Shown: one piece after another, positions 1 through 8,695 of the stretch
Numbering within the stretch: the stretch's first letter is position 1
Layout: every line of letters starts with the position of its first letter
Virus record (IMG/VR): IMGVR_UViG_3300014152_000002
Span: 1 to 53,431 of that record
From: a virus
Lineage: Duplodnaviria > Caudoviricetes
Length of the DNA stretch: 53,431 nt
Reading direction: 5' to 3' (one strand)
Notes under the pieces: model-generated
Database searches by the model: none
Seen by the model: the letters and a program-made list of their open reading frames with translations, nothing else
Told to the model about the DNA's origin: nothing
Made by a program: the position numbers and the translations under genes

Positions 1-123
1 CCGGCGGCTTCTCGACTGTCGGCGCATACACGATCACGCTCACGGCGACGGGGGCCACGACGCTCACGCTGCCCAACAGCGGCACGCTGGTTACGACGGG
101 GGTGACGTCGCTTAGCAGCCTAG
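1..123. repeat. Terminal overlap, copy 1 (identical to 53309-53431)
   Basis: The first 123 nt (ccggcggcttctcg...agcagcctag) match the last 123 nt. The reading frame continues across the junction. Confidence 0.97.
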
Positions 124-932
124 CGACGATCGGGACGGTCACGACAGGGGTTTGGAATGGCTCGAGCATCCCGCTCGGCTATGGCGGCACCAACGCGGCG
201 CTTACGGCGTCGAATGGCGGCATCGTCTACTCCACGGCGTCGGCCTTCGCTATCCTTTCAGGAACCGTGACGGCAGGCCAATGTCTCTTGAGCGGGTCGA
301 GCGCAGCGCCGACATGGGGTTCGTGCTCTGGCGCCGCCGCGGTCAGTTCAGTTTCAAATTCCGACGGCACGTTGACGATCAGCCCGACGGCAGGGGCCGT
401 TGTCGGGTCATTGGCGCTTGGACACGCGAATACATGGACGGGGGCTCAAACCTTCACCAATGGCGATTTGCTGCTCAAAGGATCAACTTCCGGCTCGATG
501 ACGCTCGAAGCCCCGGCGGCGGCAAGCACTTACGTCATGACATTTCCAGCAGCGACGGATACGGTCGCGGCCCTTGGCGTCGCCAACGCTTTCACAGGCA
601 ACAATTCGCATAGCGGCGTTGAAACCTTCACAGGTTCGCTCAAAGTCGCGACGCGAGTCATCTCGGCCTCGACCGACACGGCCAGCGCGACGACCGACTA
701 TTTCCTGTGTGTCGCCTACACGAGCACAGGCGCCGTCACCGAGACGCTGCCATCCAGTCCGCCAACCGGCCTGACGCTGTTGATTAAGGATTGCGGAGGG
801 GCGGCGGCGACGCACAACATCACGATCACGCCGGCAGCGGGAACAATCGACGGCGCGAGCACCTACGTCATGAGCACGAATTACGGCTCGGTCGCGGTCA
901 CATTCGCGAACAGCCAATGGAGTCTCAATTGA
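1..932 (+). CDS. 3' part of a tail fibre-like protein that starts at 51829 (~803 aa in total across the circular junction)
   Basis: Open frame from position 3 (GGFSTVGAYTITL...) to TGA at 930-932, in frame with ATG 51829 after joining. Gly/Thr/Ser-rich fibre repeats (NTWTGAQTF) and a typical C-terminal fibre domain (TLPSSPPTGLTLLIKD...IDGASTYVMSTNYGSV). Confidence 0.85.
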   Translation, partial: GGFSTVGAYTITLTATGATTLTLPNSGTLVTTGVTSLSSLATIGTVTTGVWNGSSIPLGYGGTNAALTASNGGIVYSTASAFAILSGTVTAGQCLLSGSSAAPTWGSCSGAAAVSSVSNSDGTLTISPTAGAVVGSLALGHANTWTGAQTFTNGDLLLKGSTSGSMTLEAPAAASTYVMTFPAATDTVAALGVANAFTGNNSHSGVETFTGSLKVATRVISASTDTASATTDYFLCVAYTSTGAVTETLPSSPPTGLTLLIKDCGGAAATHNITITPAAGTIDGASTYVMSTNYGSVAVTFANSQWSLN

Positions 933-1804
933 TGCGCGCGCTTCTTGCCATCCTCGCCTTTGCGGTTTATTTCGCAATAGCGCCGGCGTCTGATGCAGGG
1001 TGGCCGAGTTCTGGCCGCGTCTATCCACCATCCGGCGGTGGCGTCGCATGCTCCCAAGCAACAACTTTCCTCGCGCGCACAAGCGGTCTCAGCGGGACGC
1101 AAACGAGCGCATACACTGCGCTCATTTGCGGAATGGTGACGGACGGAACGTGGAGCGTCATGGATGGGCTCTATGTTTTCGCCACAGCCTCGACGGCGAC
1201 AGCCAATCTGAATTTGGTCTCGACAAGCTACGGGCTGACGCAATACGGAACAGTCACGTTCTCGGCCAATGCCGGATATACTGGGGACGGAATAACCGGC
1301 TTTTTCGATACTGGATTCAATCCATCAACCGCCGGCGGACACATGGCCGCGAATAGCGCCTCGCTGGGGGTGTGCGATTTAACTTATAGGGTGCTTGATT
1401 ACTCAAATGAAATTGCGATGGGAGGATATGATGGCTCTGATGATTCATATATCCTTCCGGGGTACACTACCTCTGGCGGGACTTACTTTTTTCTGAACGG
1501 CAGCACAAGCGTTAGCGCATCAACAAACTCGCGAGGTTCATGGGCTATATCGACTACATCGTCATTGACTGGATACGTAGCGCAAAATGGCGTAACATCC
1601 TCATATTCTCCAACTAATTCTAATGTTGTTACACACAACTTATATGTGAGTGCTTTAGATTATGTTGGGTCTGCGGCATATTATTCGGCTGACCAACTCG
1701 CGTATACTTTTTTCGGAGGTGGCCTAACCTCTGTGCAAATGACCGCGATTTACAATCGCCTCCACACGTATCTTGCCACTGTCGGAGCTCCGAGCGGATG
1801 CTAA
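932..1804 (+). CDS. Signal-peptide-bearing tail spike/receptor-binding-like protein
   Basis: ATG overlaps the upstream TGA. N-terminus MRALLAILAFAVYFAIAPASDA. Contains the phage fibre-type segment FLARTSGL...LICGMVTDGTWSVMDGLYVFA. The 3' half is AT-rich. Confidence 0.7.
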   Translation: MRALLAILAFAVYFAIAPASDAGWPSSGRVYPPSGGGVACSQATTFLARTSGLSGTQTSAYTALICGMVTDGTWSVMDGLYVFATASTATANLNLVSTSYGLTQYGTVTFSANAGYTGDGITGFFDTGFNPSTAGGHMAANSASLGVCDLTYRVLDYSNEIAMGGYDGSDDSYILPGYTTSGGTYFFLNGSTSVSASTNSRGSWAISTTSSLTGYVAQNGVTSSYSPTNSNVVTHNLYVSALDYVGSAAYYSADQLAYTFFGGGLTSVQMTAIYNRLHTYLATVGAPSGC

Positions 1805-1815
1805 AGGACACGCGC

Positions 1816-1956
1816 ATGAAAAAGCTACTAGGAATTGTTCTCTCGTTGCTTGCCTTGGCACTGCCGGCGCAAGCGCAAAGCACATGGGAGACGCCCCAAA
1901 CCGCAACAGGCGGCCCCGGTGGCTCCGGTTGCGCGTTCATAGCGTTTCCATCATGA
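1816..1956 (+). pseudogene. Truncated paralog of the N-terminus of the 1970-3709 gene (46 aa)
   Basis: MKKLLGIVLSLLALALPAQAQSTWETPQTATGGP compared with MKRIFGIILALLALAMPAQAQSTWPTPQSPTGGP. Has its own AAGGA RBS and an early stop. Confidence 0.75.
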
Positions 1957-1969
1957 AAAGGGCAAGCAC

Positions 1970-3709
1970 ATGAAACGGATATTCGGAATCATCCTCGCGT
2001 TGCTTGCCTTGGCTATGCCGGCGCAAGCGCAAAGCACTTGGCCGACGCCGCAATCTCCTACGGGTGGACCGTCTGTTGGTGGAGGTGTCGGGTTGTGCCT
2101 CAACGGGAGTGGCTATGCGGTTCCTTGCGCCTCGACTGCCGGGTCGGCGACATCTGGAGCGACCGGGGGATTGGCATTTGGAAGCGTCACAACTTCCGCG
2201 CCAACCTACAGCAACGGGACGGTTAATGCACTCTCGCTGGACGCGAGCGGCAATCTTCGCGTCGCAGCTACTGTCAACGCATCCGTTTCCGGCTTCGCGC
2301 CTGGAGGGGCTTATGCAACCGCGACGGCGCCAAGCGGATCGTCTTCGGCTGCGACACTCCTTCCTGCCGGAACGACGGTTGTCTTCTTTAACACCGGCTC
2401 CAACCCGATTTCGGTCAATCTAGGCGGGTCTGGCGTGGCTGCGGTTGCGACAGACAATATCGTCGCGGCAGGCGGCGCGCTCCCGTTGACGGTCGGATCG
2501 AACACCTATTTCGCGGTTTGGGGCGTCGGCGGCGCTTCGACGGTTGTTGCTTCCGGCGGCGCCGGCCTTGCGACAGGTTGGGGCGGTGGCTCTGGAGGCT
2601 CTGGCGGGACGGTCAACCAAGGCACTGCGGCCTCATCCGGTCCGTGGATTGAAACACCGTGGATCGGCGGAGCGGTCAATTCCGCGACGAACGGATTGTA
2701 TTTCAACAATCTGCAAGGAAATGCCGTCCTCTCCGCCACCAACGGTTTGTTCTCGAACATTCTGCAAGGTAACGCAGCTCTAACAGGGGCAAACCCGATC
2801 TTCGCCGCGCTTTCGATTGGCGGCGCCGTGGATTCCGCGACCAACGGAATTTACGCCAATCTTCTCCAAGGCAACGCGGTTCTCACCGGCGCGAACGGAA
2901 TTTTCACCGATCCGGACATTTCCGCTGTCGGCACGACGATCAATTCCGCGACAGCCAACGCCGCTGTCACGATCAATCTCAGCGCAGGAAAAGGGACTGC
3001 CGCCTTCGTGGTTTCGGGGCTCACTGCTTCCGGCGCTACGCTCACCATCGAAGGAACTGACGATGGCTCGACGTGGGCCGCTGTCAACGGCGTGGCGCCA
3101 CTTACTGGTGCTTTATTTTCAACTTTAGCGACCGATCAGCAGTTCCGCGTCAATGTCGCCGGTCGCGTCGGCGTTCGCGTGCGCGTATCCGCCACAGGCA
3201 CAGGCACGATCACGGTTTCGACCAACGCCGGTAACGGCTCTGGCGTGACATCGCTCGGAACGCCTCTTCCGACAGGGGCGAATGTTCTTGGCAAAACAGG
3301 CATCGATCAGACGACGCCAGGAACTACGAATGCCGTGCAGCATATTGCGGGGACTACTGGCGGCGCGACGCCGGCTCATTACCTATCCGCCGCTTCGAAC
3401 AATGCAACGAACGTCAAAGCGACGGCGGGGACGATCTACGGGCTCTCGCTCATAAACACCACGGCGACTCTCTATTATCTCCGTCTCTATGATGTGGCCA
3501 CGTCCGCCCCAACATGTTCATCCGCCACCGGCGTCGTCCAAAACATTCCCATCCCAGCCAACACAGCCGGCGCTGGCGTGGTTTTGAATTTCGACGGCGT
3601 CGGCATGCTGTTCGCCAATGGCATAGGGTTCTGCCTAACGGGGGCATTTGCCGACAACGACAACACCAACGCCGCTACCGGCGTGGCTGTGAACCTGATT
3701 TACAAGTGA
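1970..3709 (+). CDS. Signal-peptide-bearing fibre/structural protein, 579 aa
   Basis: MKRIFGIILALLALAMPAQA|Q. Gly/Ala/Thr-rich beta-type domains with internal ~17-aa repeats (SATNGLxxNxLQGNAVL) at about 2665-2905. Confidence 0.75.
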   Translation: MKRIFGIILALLALAMPAQAQSTWPTPQSPTGGPSVGGGVGLCLNGSGYAVPCASTAGSATSGATGGLAFGSVTTSAPTYSNGTVNALSLDASGNLRVAATVNASVSGFAPGGAYATATAPSGSSSAATLLPAGTTVVFFNTGSNPISVNLGGSGVAAVATDNIVAAGGALPLTVGSNTYFAVWGVGGASTVVASGGAGLATGWGGGSGGSGGTVNQGTAASSGPWIETPWIGGAVNSATNGLYFNNLQGNAVLSATNGLFSNILQGNAALTGANPIFAALSIGGAVDSATNGIYANLLQGNAVLTGANGIFTDPDISAVGTTINSATANAAVTINLSAGKGTAAFVVSGLTASGATLTIEGTDDGSTWAAVNGVAPLTGALFSTLATDQQFRVNVAGRVGVRVRVSATGTGTITVSTNAGNGSGVTSLGTPLPTGANVLGKTGIDQTTPGTTNAVQHIAGTTGGATPAHYLSAASNNATNVKATAGTIYGLSLINTTATLYYLRLYDVATSAPTCSSATGVVQNIPIPANTAGAGVVLNFDGVGMLFANGIGFCLTGAFADNDNTNAATGVAVNLIYK

Positions 3710-3719
3710 GGTGCGCGCC

Positions 3720-4790
3720 ATGCTGAAAAGACTTCTCATCGCGGCACTCGCTGGAGCGCTGATCGGCGCTCCCGTCCGCGCGCAATTGCTGATGACAGGC
3801 GCGGGACAACCGACAAACGGTTCATCGCAACTTATCGCCCAAACCAATTACGCCCTCGGCTCTCTTGGGAGCGGCGACACGCTTACTAGAAGCACCAGTG
3901 CAAACTATATTGACTCATCCGGTGGGATAAGCACCGCAGCTATTAATGTTCCGCGTTTCGATTATACTTTTTCATCGACTCCGGGACTGCTTGTGGAGGG
4001 AAGCCGGACTAATATTGCTCTATATAACCAAGATTTTACACAAAGCGCAATATGGGTTCCAGGTGCAAGCTATACGTCAACTACGACTTCAACTATTACA
4101 GATACAAGCGCGTCTGGTTATGGGGCTACTACGCAGACGTTTATCACATTAGCGGATACATATGAAAGATATTTTTCGGTTTATATACTAAAGGACACGA
4201 ATCAAACAAGATTTCCAGAATTTCAAACAAACATAAATGGTGGTTCCGCAACCAATATTACCGATGTAAATACACAAACTGGCGCTTATGTCATAAGAAC
4301 ATCGGCGGGCACTAATTCTGTCGCTGTGTCTAGTGTCGGAAATTATTGGAAGATAACGCAAACAATTGTAAATACTAGCCAATTGGGATTTACTTATGCC
4401 CTGTTACCGGCCGCCGGAACAACTATCGGAGTGATTAGTATAGCAGCTACTGGAACCGCGACATTTGCATGTCCACAGATTGAGGTTAATGTCAGCTTCG
4501 CATCGAGTTGCGTGTTTACAACCTCAACATCGGCTATCCGCGCCGCAGATACATTTTCAAACTCAAATTGGTATAATGGCTCGACTGGAAATTATCTTAT
4601 GGTTGAAAGTATCAGTGAAGCGACTGGAACAATGAGCCGCGCGAGCTACTGCGCCAGCGGATGCACGGGAACTAGCTTCTCCCCGAGTTTCATCACCATT
4701 ACCCGCATTTGCCAATTCAACGCCACTCCTGCGGGCGCTACAGCGGCGCAAACGGCGGCTGGACAAGCAAACGGAACGGTGTGCTCATGA
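3720..4790 (+). CDS. Signal-peptide-bearing head/tail spike-fibre-like protein
   Basis: MLKRLLIAALAGALIGAPVRA|Q. Motifs TRSTSANYIDSSG...PRFDY...GLLVEGSRTN and QIE...FASS..TT....RAAD are typical of phage spike/fibre carbohydrate-binding modules. Confidence 0.75.
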   Translation: MLKRLLIAALAGALIGAPVRAQLLMTGAGQPTNGSSQLIAQTNYALGSLGSGDTLTRSTSANYIDSSGGISTAAINVPRFDYTFSSTPGLLVEGSRTNIALYNQDFTQSAIWVPGASYTSTTTSTITDTSASGYGATTQTFITLADTYERYFSVYILKDTNQTRFPEFQTNINGGSATNITDVNTQTGAYVIRTSAGTNSVAVSSVGNYWKITQTIVNTSQLGFTYALLPAAGTTIGVISIAATGTATFACPQIEVNVSFASSCVFTTSTSAIRAADTFSNSNWYNGSTGNYLMVESISEATGTMSRASYCASGCTGTSFSPSFITITRICQFNATPAGATAAQTAAGQANGTVCS

Positions 4791-5146
4791 CGATGCAATC
4801 CCCTCAAGACTTTGAAGTCTGGACGCCGGACGCGGCGACGATGCAAGCCGCCATATCCTCACTCGGCGGCTCATGGGATGGGATCACGTATCCCTATGAT
4901 TCGCCAAGCGGACGCTTTCCGAATGGCGACCAGTTCGCGTTGCATGTCTACGGGACCAAATATCTGCCGACCGGCGCAACGACAACCGACTCCTTTGGCG
5001 ACACAGTCCCCGTCATGGCGGCGCAGCCCGGCGTGTTCGGGATCGCCCGCTACATCCCGGCGCAAGTCGGCAACACATCGCCAAGGCCAACGGGCGTCAC
5101 ACTTATTCCGCTTTCGCAGGCCGTCGGCGCGCCGAGCTGGGAATAA
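4787..5146 (+). CDS. Small protein after the spike gene (possible fibre chaperone or tip protein)
   Basis: ATGA overlap with the upstream stop. 119 aa, no signal peptide. Call rests on position only. Confidence 0.55.
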   Translation: MTMQSPQDFEVWTPDAATMQAAISSLGGSWDGITYPYDSPSGRFPNGDQFALHVYGTKYLPTGATTTDSFGDTVPVMAAQPGVFGIARYIPAQVGNTSPRPTGVTLIPLSQAVGAPSWE

Positions 5147-5263
5147 GACTCCGCCGCTACATCAGTGGTGCGGGTTCGCTCGCGCCGCAACAATCCCTCA
5201 TGGCCCCAAAGAGGAAGGAAGCCCAACGCTGGCCGCAACCCGCAACTCACCAAAGGATCAAAA

Positions 5264-5809
5264 ATGACACGCATGATTATTCTCGTCTCGCTGTTGCTGA
5301 CCTCGGCGCCGGCGCGGGCGGACTTTCTTCAAGATTTGTTCGGCGCTCCAACTATCCGGCAATCCCGGATGGCTCGATTGCACCCTCCAGGGCGCTTCAT
5401 TCATGGGCGCGTCGCCTCAGAGAGGGGCGCACGTTCGTTTCTCGGAACATGGCGCGGGGATAGTAGCGTCTCGCAACTTATTGCGTCCAGCGTCTCCGCT
5501 CGCATCGGGGCGCAGTGGGTTCCCGTGGCGCTCAAAATCGCCAAGATCGAAAGCGGCGGCCGATGCAATGCGGCCAACCGTTCCGGCGCCGTGGGCGTGT
5601 TTCAGGTGATGCATCCAGCCCAATTTGGGATTTCGCGCGCGGCGGCCCTGACATGTTCGGGCGGCGTGGCGGCGGGCGTCGCGCACATGGCGCGCTGTGT
5701 CGCGCATGGGGCGCGGACGGCTGGACAGATGATGGCTTGCCACAATGGCGGCAGTCCGTTTGCCCGCCGTCTTGAGCCGGCCTATCGCCGGGCGCTCGCC
5801 GGCCTATGA
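5264..5809 (+). CDS. Exported lytic transglycosylase (SLT domain)
   Basis: AAGGA RBS. Signal peptide MTRMIILVSLLLTSAPARA|D. SLT motifs IAKIESGG, GAVGVFQV and CHNGG. Confidence 0.8.
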   Translation: MTRMIILVSLLLTSAPARADFLQDLFGAPTIRQSRMARLHPPGRFIHGRVASERGARSFLGTWRGDSSVSQLIASSVSARIGAQWVPVALKIAKIESGGRCNAANRSGAVGVFQVMHPAQFGISRAAALTCSGGVAAGVAHMARCVAHGARTAGQMMACHNGGSPFARRLEPAYRRALAGL

Positions 5810-6043
5810 CCGATCTTCTCCCCGCGCTCGCGATCTACGCTGGCGCGGGCGCTGTCCTTCTATGGCTCGCGAGGGCGCGATGACAAATGTAAAAGCCCGC
5901 GTGCCGTGAGCGTGCCGCTTGCCTTCCGGCTGCACTTCGCTTGGGTGTGCCTCGCTATCGCGATACGGGCGGTGTGGGCGCGGAAGGCGCGGAGATTGTG
6001 AGCCCGCGTTTTTGTGGTATCCTGACCCAAAGCGAGGTCTGCC

Positions 6044-6283
6044 ATGACTGATGACCAAATCGCCGGCGCCTGTTTGATCGGAGCTACCGCCCTCGCGATC
6101 GCTTGGATTTTGTCTTGGTCTGCCGAGGAACCGAAGATCGACAAGCCTTGGAAGACTGGCGATCCGCCGCGCCGGCCTAATCGCCCAGGCGCTTCGACTG
6201 TCGGAACGGTCATTCATATCGTCGGGTGCGGATTTTGGCTCATGTGCATCGTTTTCGTGATGCAGAAAATGGGCTTTGGGTGA
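6044..6283 (+). CDS. Small two-TM membrane protein
   Basis: GAGGT RBS and two hydrophobic stretches. Confidence 0.55.
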   Translation: MTDDQIAGACLIGATALAIAWILSWSAEEPKIDKPWKTGDPPRRPNRPGASTVGTVIHIVGCGFWLMCIVFVMQKMGFG

Positions 6284-6287
6284 CGCC

Positions 6288-6521
6288 ATGCCGCTCCCGC
6301 AAGATCACGACACGCTCTGCCGGTGGAGCATGTTCGCGGTCAAATATTGGCTCATAGATATTCACCCGCATTTCTCGTGCATTTGTGCGGTGATGCTCGG
6401 GATGAATATGCGGCGCGCGGATTTTATGGAGATCGTGCGCGTCTATGTGGATCACAAAGACAACTCAGAATGCAACGGGCCGTGCGATCCCGACTTCAAC
6501 CTCAAGGAGTGGATGCGATGA
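6288..6521 (+). CDS. Hypothetical protein
   Basis: Tightly packed ORF in the lysis region. Confidence 0.45.
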   Translation: MPLPQDHDTLCRWSMFAVKYWLIDIHPHFSCICAVMLGMNMRRADFMEIVRVYVDHKDNSECNGPCDPDFNLKEWMR

Positions 6522-6603
6522 TCCGAGACCTGTTCACGCCATCACTATTCGTCGCCGCGCTTTTGATCGGGGTGGCGTGCGCGATAACAAAATGGTGGTT
6601 CCG

Positions 6604-6770
6604 ATGAACTCCGCAAAATTCTATTCTGCGATACGGGAAACACTTTTTCACCCGCTCACGCCAACGCAAGTCGAGGGCGTAAATTCGATCCTTGACGCCT
6701 GGACGAAATGGGCGCCGGCAAGCGACGCGCGCGCGACATCGCCTATTCGCTGGCGACAGCCTATTGGGAG
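6604..6770 (+). pseudogene. N-terminal remnant of a GH19 (chitinase-like) endolysin, frameshifted
   Basis: MNSAKFYSAIRETLFHPLTPTQVEGVNSILDAW...SDAR, then an extra 2 nt in a (CG)n run at about 6726-6735, then DIAYSLATAYWE, which matches the GH19 endolysin AY.LAT..HE motif. Confidence 0.8.
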
Positions 6771-6833
6771 ATCGGAACTGGAAGACGCGCGCACGCCGCC
6801 GTTATCAACGCGATGGCAAAACAGGAAACCGCT

Positions 6834-7514
6834 TCATTTTCTGAAAGTTCTCCTAACCGGCTCTTGGACGGCTCGCACATGATCCCACCCAAGCCTAATT
6901 CGACGGTAGATCGTGAACTCGCTAATCCCACGTCTTCGCGCCCATTCCGCGACTGTGAGGCGCTGATCTCCAATCTGAATGATTATGTTGTCGCGGCGAT
7001 TGGAATTTTGCCCTTTACGATCCATCCACGCGCAATTTCCGGGTTCGTATCCTTGCGAGTTTTCAAGCCTGTCTATTGTGTGGCTCGCTGTCGGTTTGTC
7101 CCTCATATCGGACAGAAAGCATTCAAACCCCGTCACGGAGCCGACGCCAGATACCCATCGTTCACAAACAGAAATTCCTCGACCTCCATAATCATTGAAA
7201 GACCTATTTTTTGTGTTCACGCAACGATCAATCATCGCCGCCCATGTTTTGAAAAGCGGATGTTTCGTTGCTGTGCTGTAGGAAGTTCGACCGCCTCTAG
7301 CGCACGTTCGGCACGATGTCTTTTTCCCAAATATAAGATTCGATCTTTGAACGGTTTCTTCTCTTCCGCATTCGCAACGACATTGGAAATATACCGCCAT
7401 CCCACGCTTAAATGTTCGCTTGCCGGCGACCGCGACAACGGTCAACCGACCAAACGAAAGGCCGGAAATGTCATTGATCGGCTTCTCGCCGGTCAGGTTC
7501 GTTATATCACACAT
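6834..7514 (-). CDS. Homing-endonuclease-like protein (phage YGGRGI/HNH-like family with Zn ribbon)
   Basis: FGRLTV...CRCECG...SC; TWAAMIDRC...YGGRGISVCERW; TIDRLENSQGYEPGNCAW...QNSNRR; C-terminal HTH-like segment. Confidence 0.8.
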   Translation of the reverse strand: MCDITNLTGEKPINDISGLSFGRLTVVAVAGKRTFKRGMAVYFQCRCECGREETVQRSNLIFGKKTSCRTCARGGRTSYSTATKHPLFKTWAAMIDRCVNTKNRSFNDYGGRGISVCERWVSGVGSVTGFECFLSDMRDKPTASHTIDRLENSQGYEPGNCAWMDRKGQNSNRRDNIIIQIGDQRLTVAEWARRRGISEFTIYRRIRLGWDHVRAVQEPVRRTFRK

Positions 7515-7571
7515 AACATATGCTTATAGCATGTTGTTAAGTGCGTAAAGCGGAAACTACTGGAGTTAAAA

Positions 7572-8054
7572 ATGACTGCGGAAGAAACCTTCAAATCTGG
7601 CGCGCCGTCTGGCGTCGATCTTCTCGTTCGGCGGTTCCATCTTGCTGCATTCCAAGCCTCCGGTCCGGTCGGAAACTTCGGCCACGAAAGCACGGGGCTC
7701 ACCCAATTGCGAGAGATTGGCCAACCGCCGGGGCGTGGCGGCTACGGCTATGGCCAGTGGACTGGGCCGCGTCACATCCTTTTCCTGAATTGGTGCGCCG
7801 CGAACAAGTTAGATTGGCGAACCCCTGCCGCGAATTGGGGCTATCTCGTTCACGAGCTTTCCGGTGCCGATCCGCGTAACAATTACGCCTATGTCGTCGT
7901 GCATTTGCGCGAGGCGACAACCGTTGAAGAAGCGACGCGCGCATTTATGAACTATTACGAGCGCCCAGGTGTTCCAGCGTTCTCTGATCGTCTGCATTGG
8001 GCGAAAATCGCGCTGGAGGCTTATCAGGCGTCAAGAACAGCGAAGGTGGCCTGA
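7572..8054 (+). CDS. Lysozyme-fold endolysin (phage tail lysozyme / Phage_lysozyme2-like)
   Basis: GGAG RBS. Motifs GNFGHES, GGYGYGQWTGPR, YLVHEL and AFMNYYERPG. Confidence 0.82.
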   Translation: MTAEETFKSGAPSGVDLLVRRFHLAAFQASGPVGNFGHESTGLTQLREIGQPPGRGGYGYGQWTGPRHILFLNWCAANKLDWRTPAANWGYLVHELSGADPRNNYAYVVVHLREATTVEEATRAFMNYYERPGVPAFSDRLHWAKIALEAYQASRTAKVA

Positions 8055-8055
8055 C

Positions 8056-8175
8056 GTGAAATCTCATTCCGATTGGCAAGGCGCGCGCCGGATTATCAAT
8101 GGACAGGACAAGGCCGCGCTAATAGCTGGCCTCGCGCTGCAATTTTATCACGCTCTCACCGCTGCAGAGAACTGA
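8056..8175 (+). pseudogene. C-terminal remnant of the GH19 endolysin
   Basis: DWQGARRIINGQDKAALIAGLALQFYHAL matches the characteristic C-terminal ARRIING.D motif of GH19 phage endolysins. Confidence 0.8.
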
Positions 8176-8176
8176 C

Positions 8177-8434
8177 ATGCCTGGGCCCTCAACATCTGAA
8201 ATCGTCGGCATGCTTCTCGCCGCCGTGTTTGTTGTCTTCATGGTGATTGGCTGGGCGCGCGGGGCCCACGCGGCCGATGCGTCTCAATGCAGCGCGGCGA
8301 CCGAGCGCGGCGCGATGGCGGAATACGACACGTTCGCGGGCATGCTTGGGATGCCGGCGAACGCGCCGATCCGCACGCTGGAAAAAAAACAATATATAGC
8401 TGCAGTGTGCCTGCACGAGGAGCTTCGCAAATGA
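8177..8434 (+). CDS. Small membrane-anchored or exported protein
   Basis: Hydrophobic N-terminus ending in AHA and two Cys residues. Confidence 0.55.
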   Translation: MPGPSTSEIVGMLLAAVFVVFMVIGWARGAHAADASQCSAATERGAMAEYDTFAGMLGMPANAPIRTLEKKQYIAAVCLHEELRK

Positions 8435-8526
8435 CGCGCGCTCTTGCCGTAATTCTCATGCTCGCGCTATCGTCATGCGCGGCTGGTAACTGTGAACGGT
8501 CGCATCTGTTCTGCAACGTAAATTAG
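8431..8526 (+). CDS. Tiny predicted lipoprotein (31 aa)
   Basis: MTRALAVILMLALSS|CAAGNCERSHLFCNVN with lipobox LSSC, a GAGGAG RBS and an ATGA overlap. Confidence 0.6.
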   Translation: MTRALAVILMLALSSCAAGNCERSHLFCNVN

Positions 8527-8534
8527 GAGCTAAA

Positions 8535-8621
8535 ATGGACGCCGAAACTCAAGCGTTTCTCAAGGCTCAAGAAGAGCAAATCAGCGCCCTGACACAGCGC
8601 GGCGACGATCACAGAGATTAA
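8535..8621 (+). CDS. Short ORF (28 aa)
   Basis: Strong AGGAG RBS. MDAETQAFLKAQEEQISALTQRGDDHRD. Confidence 0.45.
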   Translation: MDAETQAFLKAQEEQISALTQRGDDHRD

Positions 8622-8695
8622 CTGAATCCTTGCGGGAGGTCCGGGGTGGCCCGCAAGGTAACTCCAGCGCCCCGGATCATCTGGAGAATTGAAAA

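Noticed and set aside
1-123. Biological direct terminal repeat
   Set aside because: It falls in the middle of a fibre gene and is k-mer-sized, so it is most likely an assembly overlap of a circularly permuted genome.
6708-7529. 273-aa plus-strand ORF and similar long shadow ORFs (e.g. 31674-32552, 30004-30807, 34590-35360)
   Set aside because: They are antisense shadows of well-supported genes in GC-rich DNA, with no recognisable motifs apart from the short GH19 piece at the start of 6708.
6770-8056. Group I intron or intein in the GH19 lysin
   Set aside because: The lysin core is deleted, the 5' part is frameshifted, the endonuclease is antisense, and no intron core or intein motifs are visible.
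8622-8690. Twister, HDV-like or hammerhead ribozyme, or c-di-AMP riboswitch
   Set aside because: Partial resemblance only (TAACTCC, CTGAATCC). The conserved cores and topology did not match by eye. Left as an unassigned pseudoknot.
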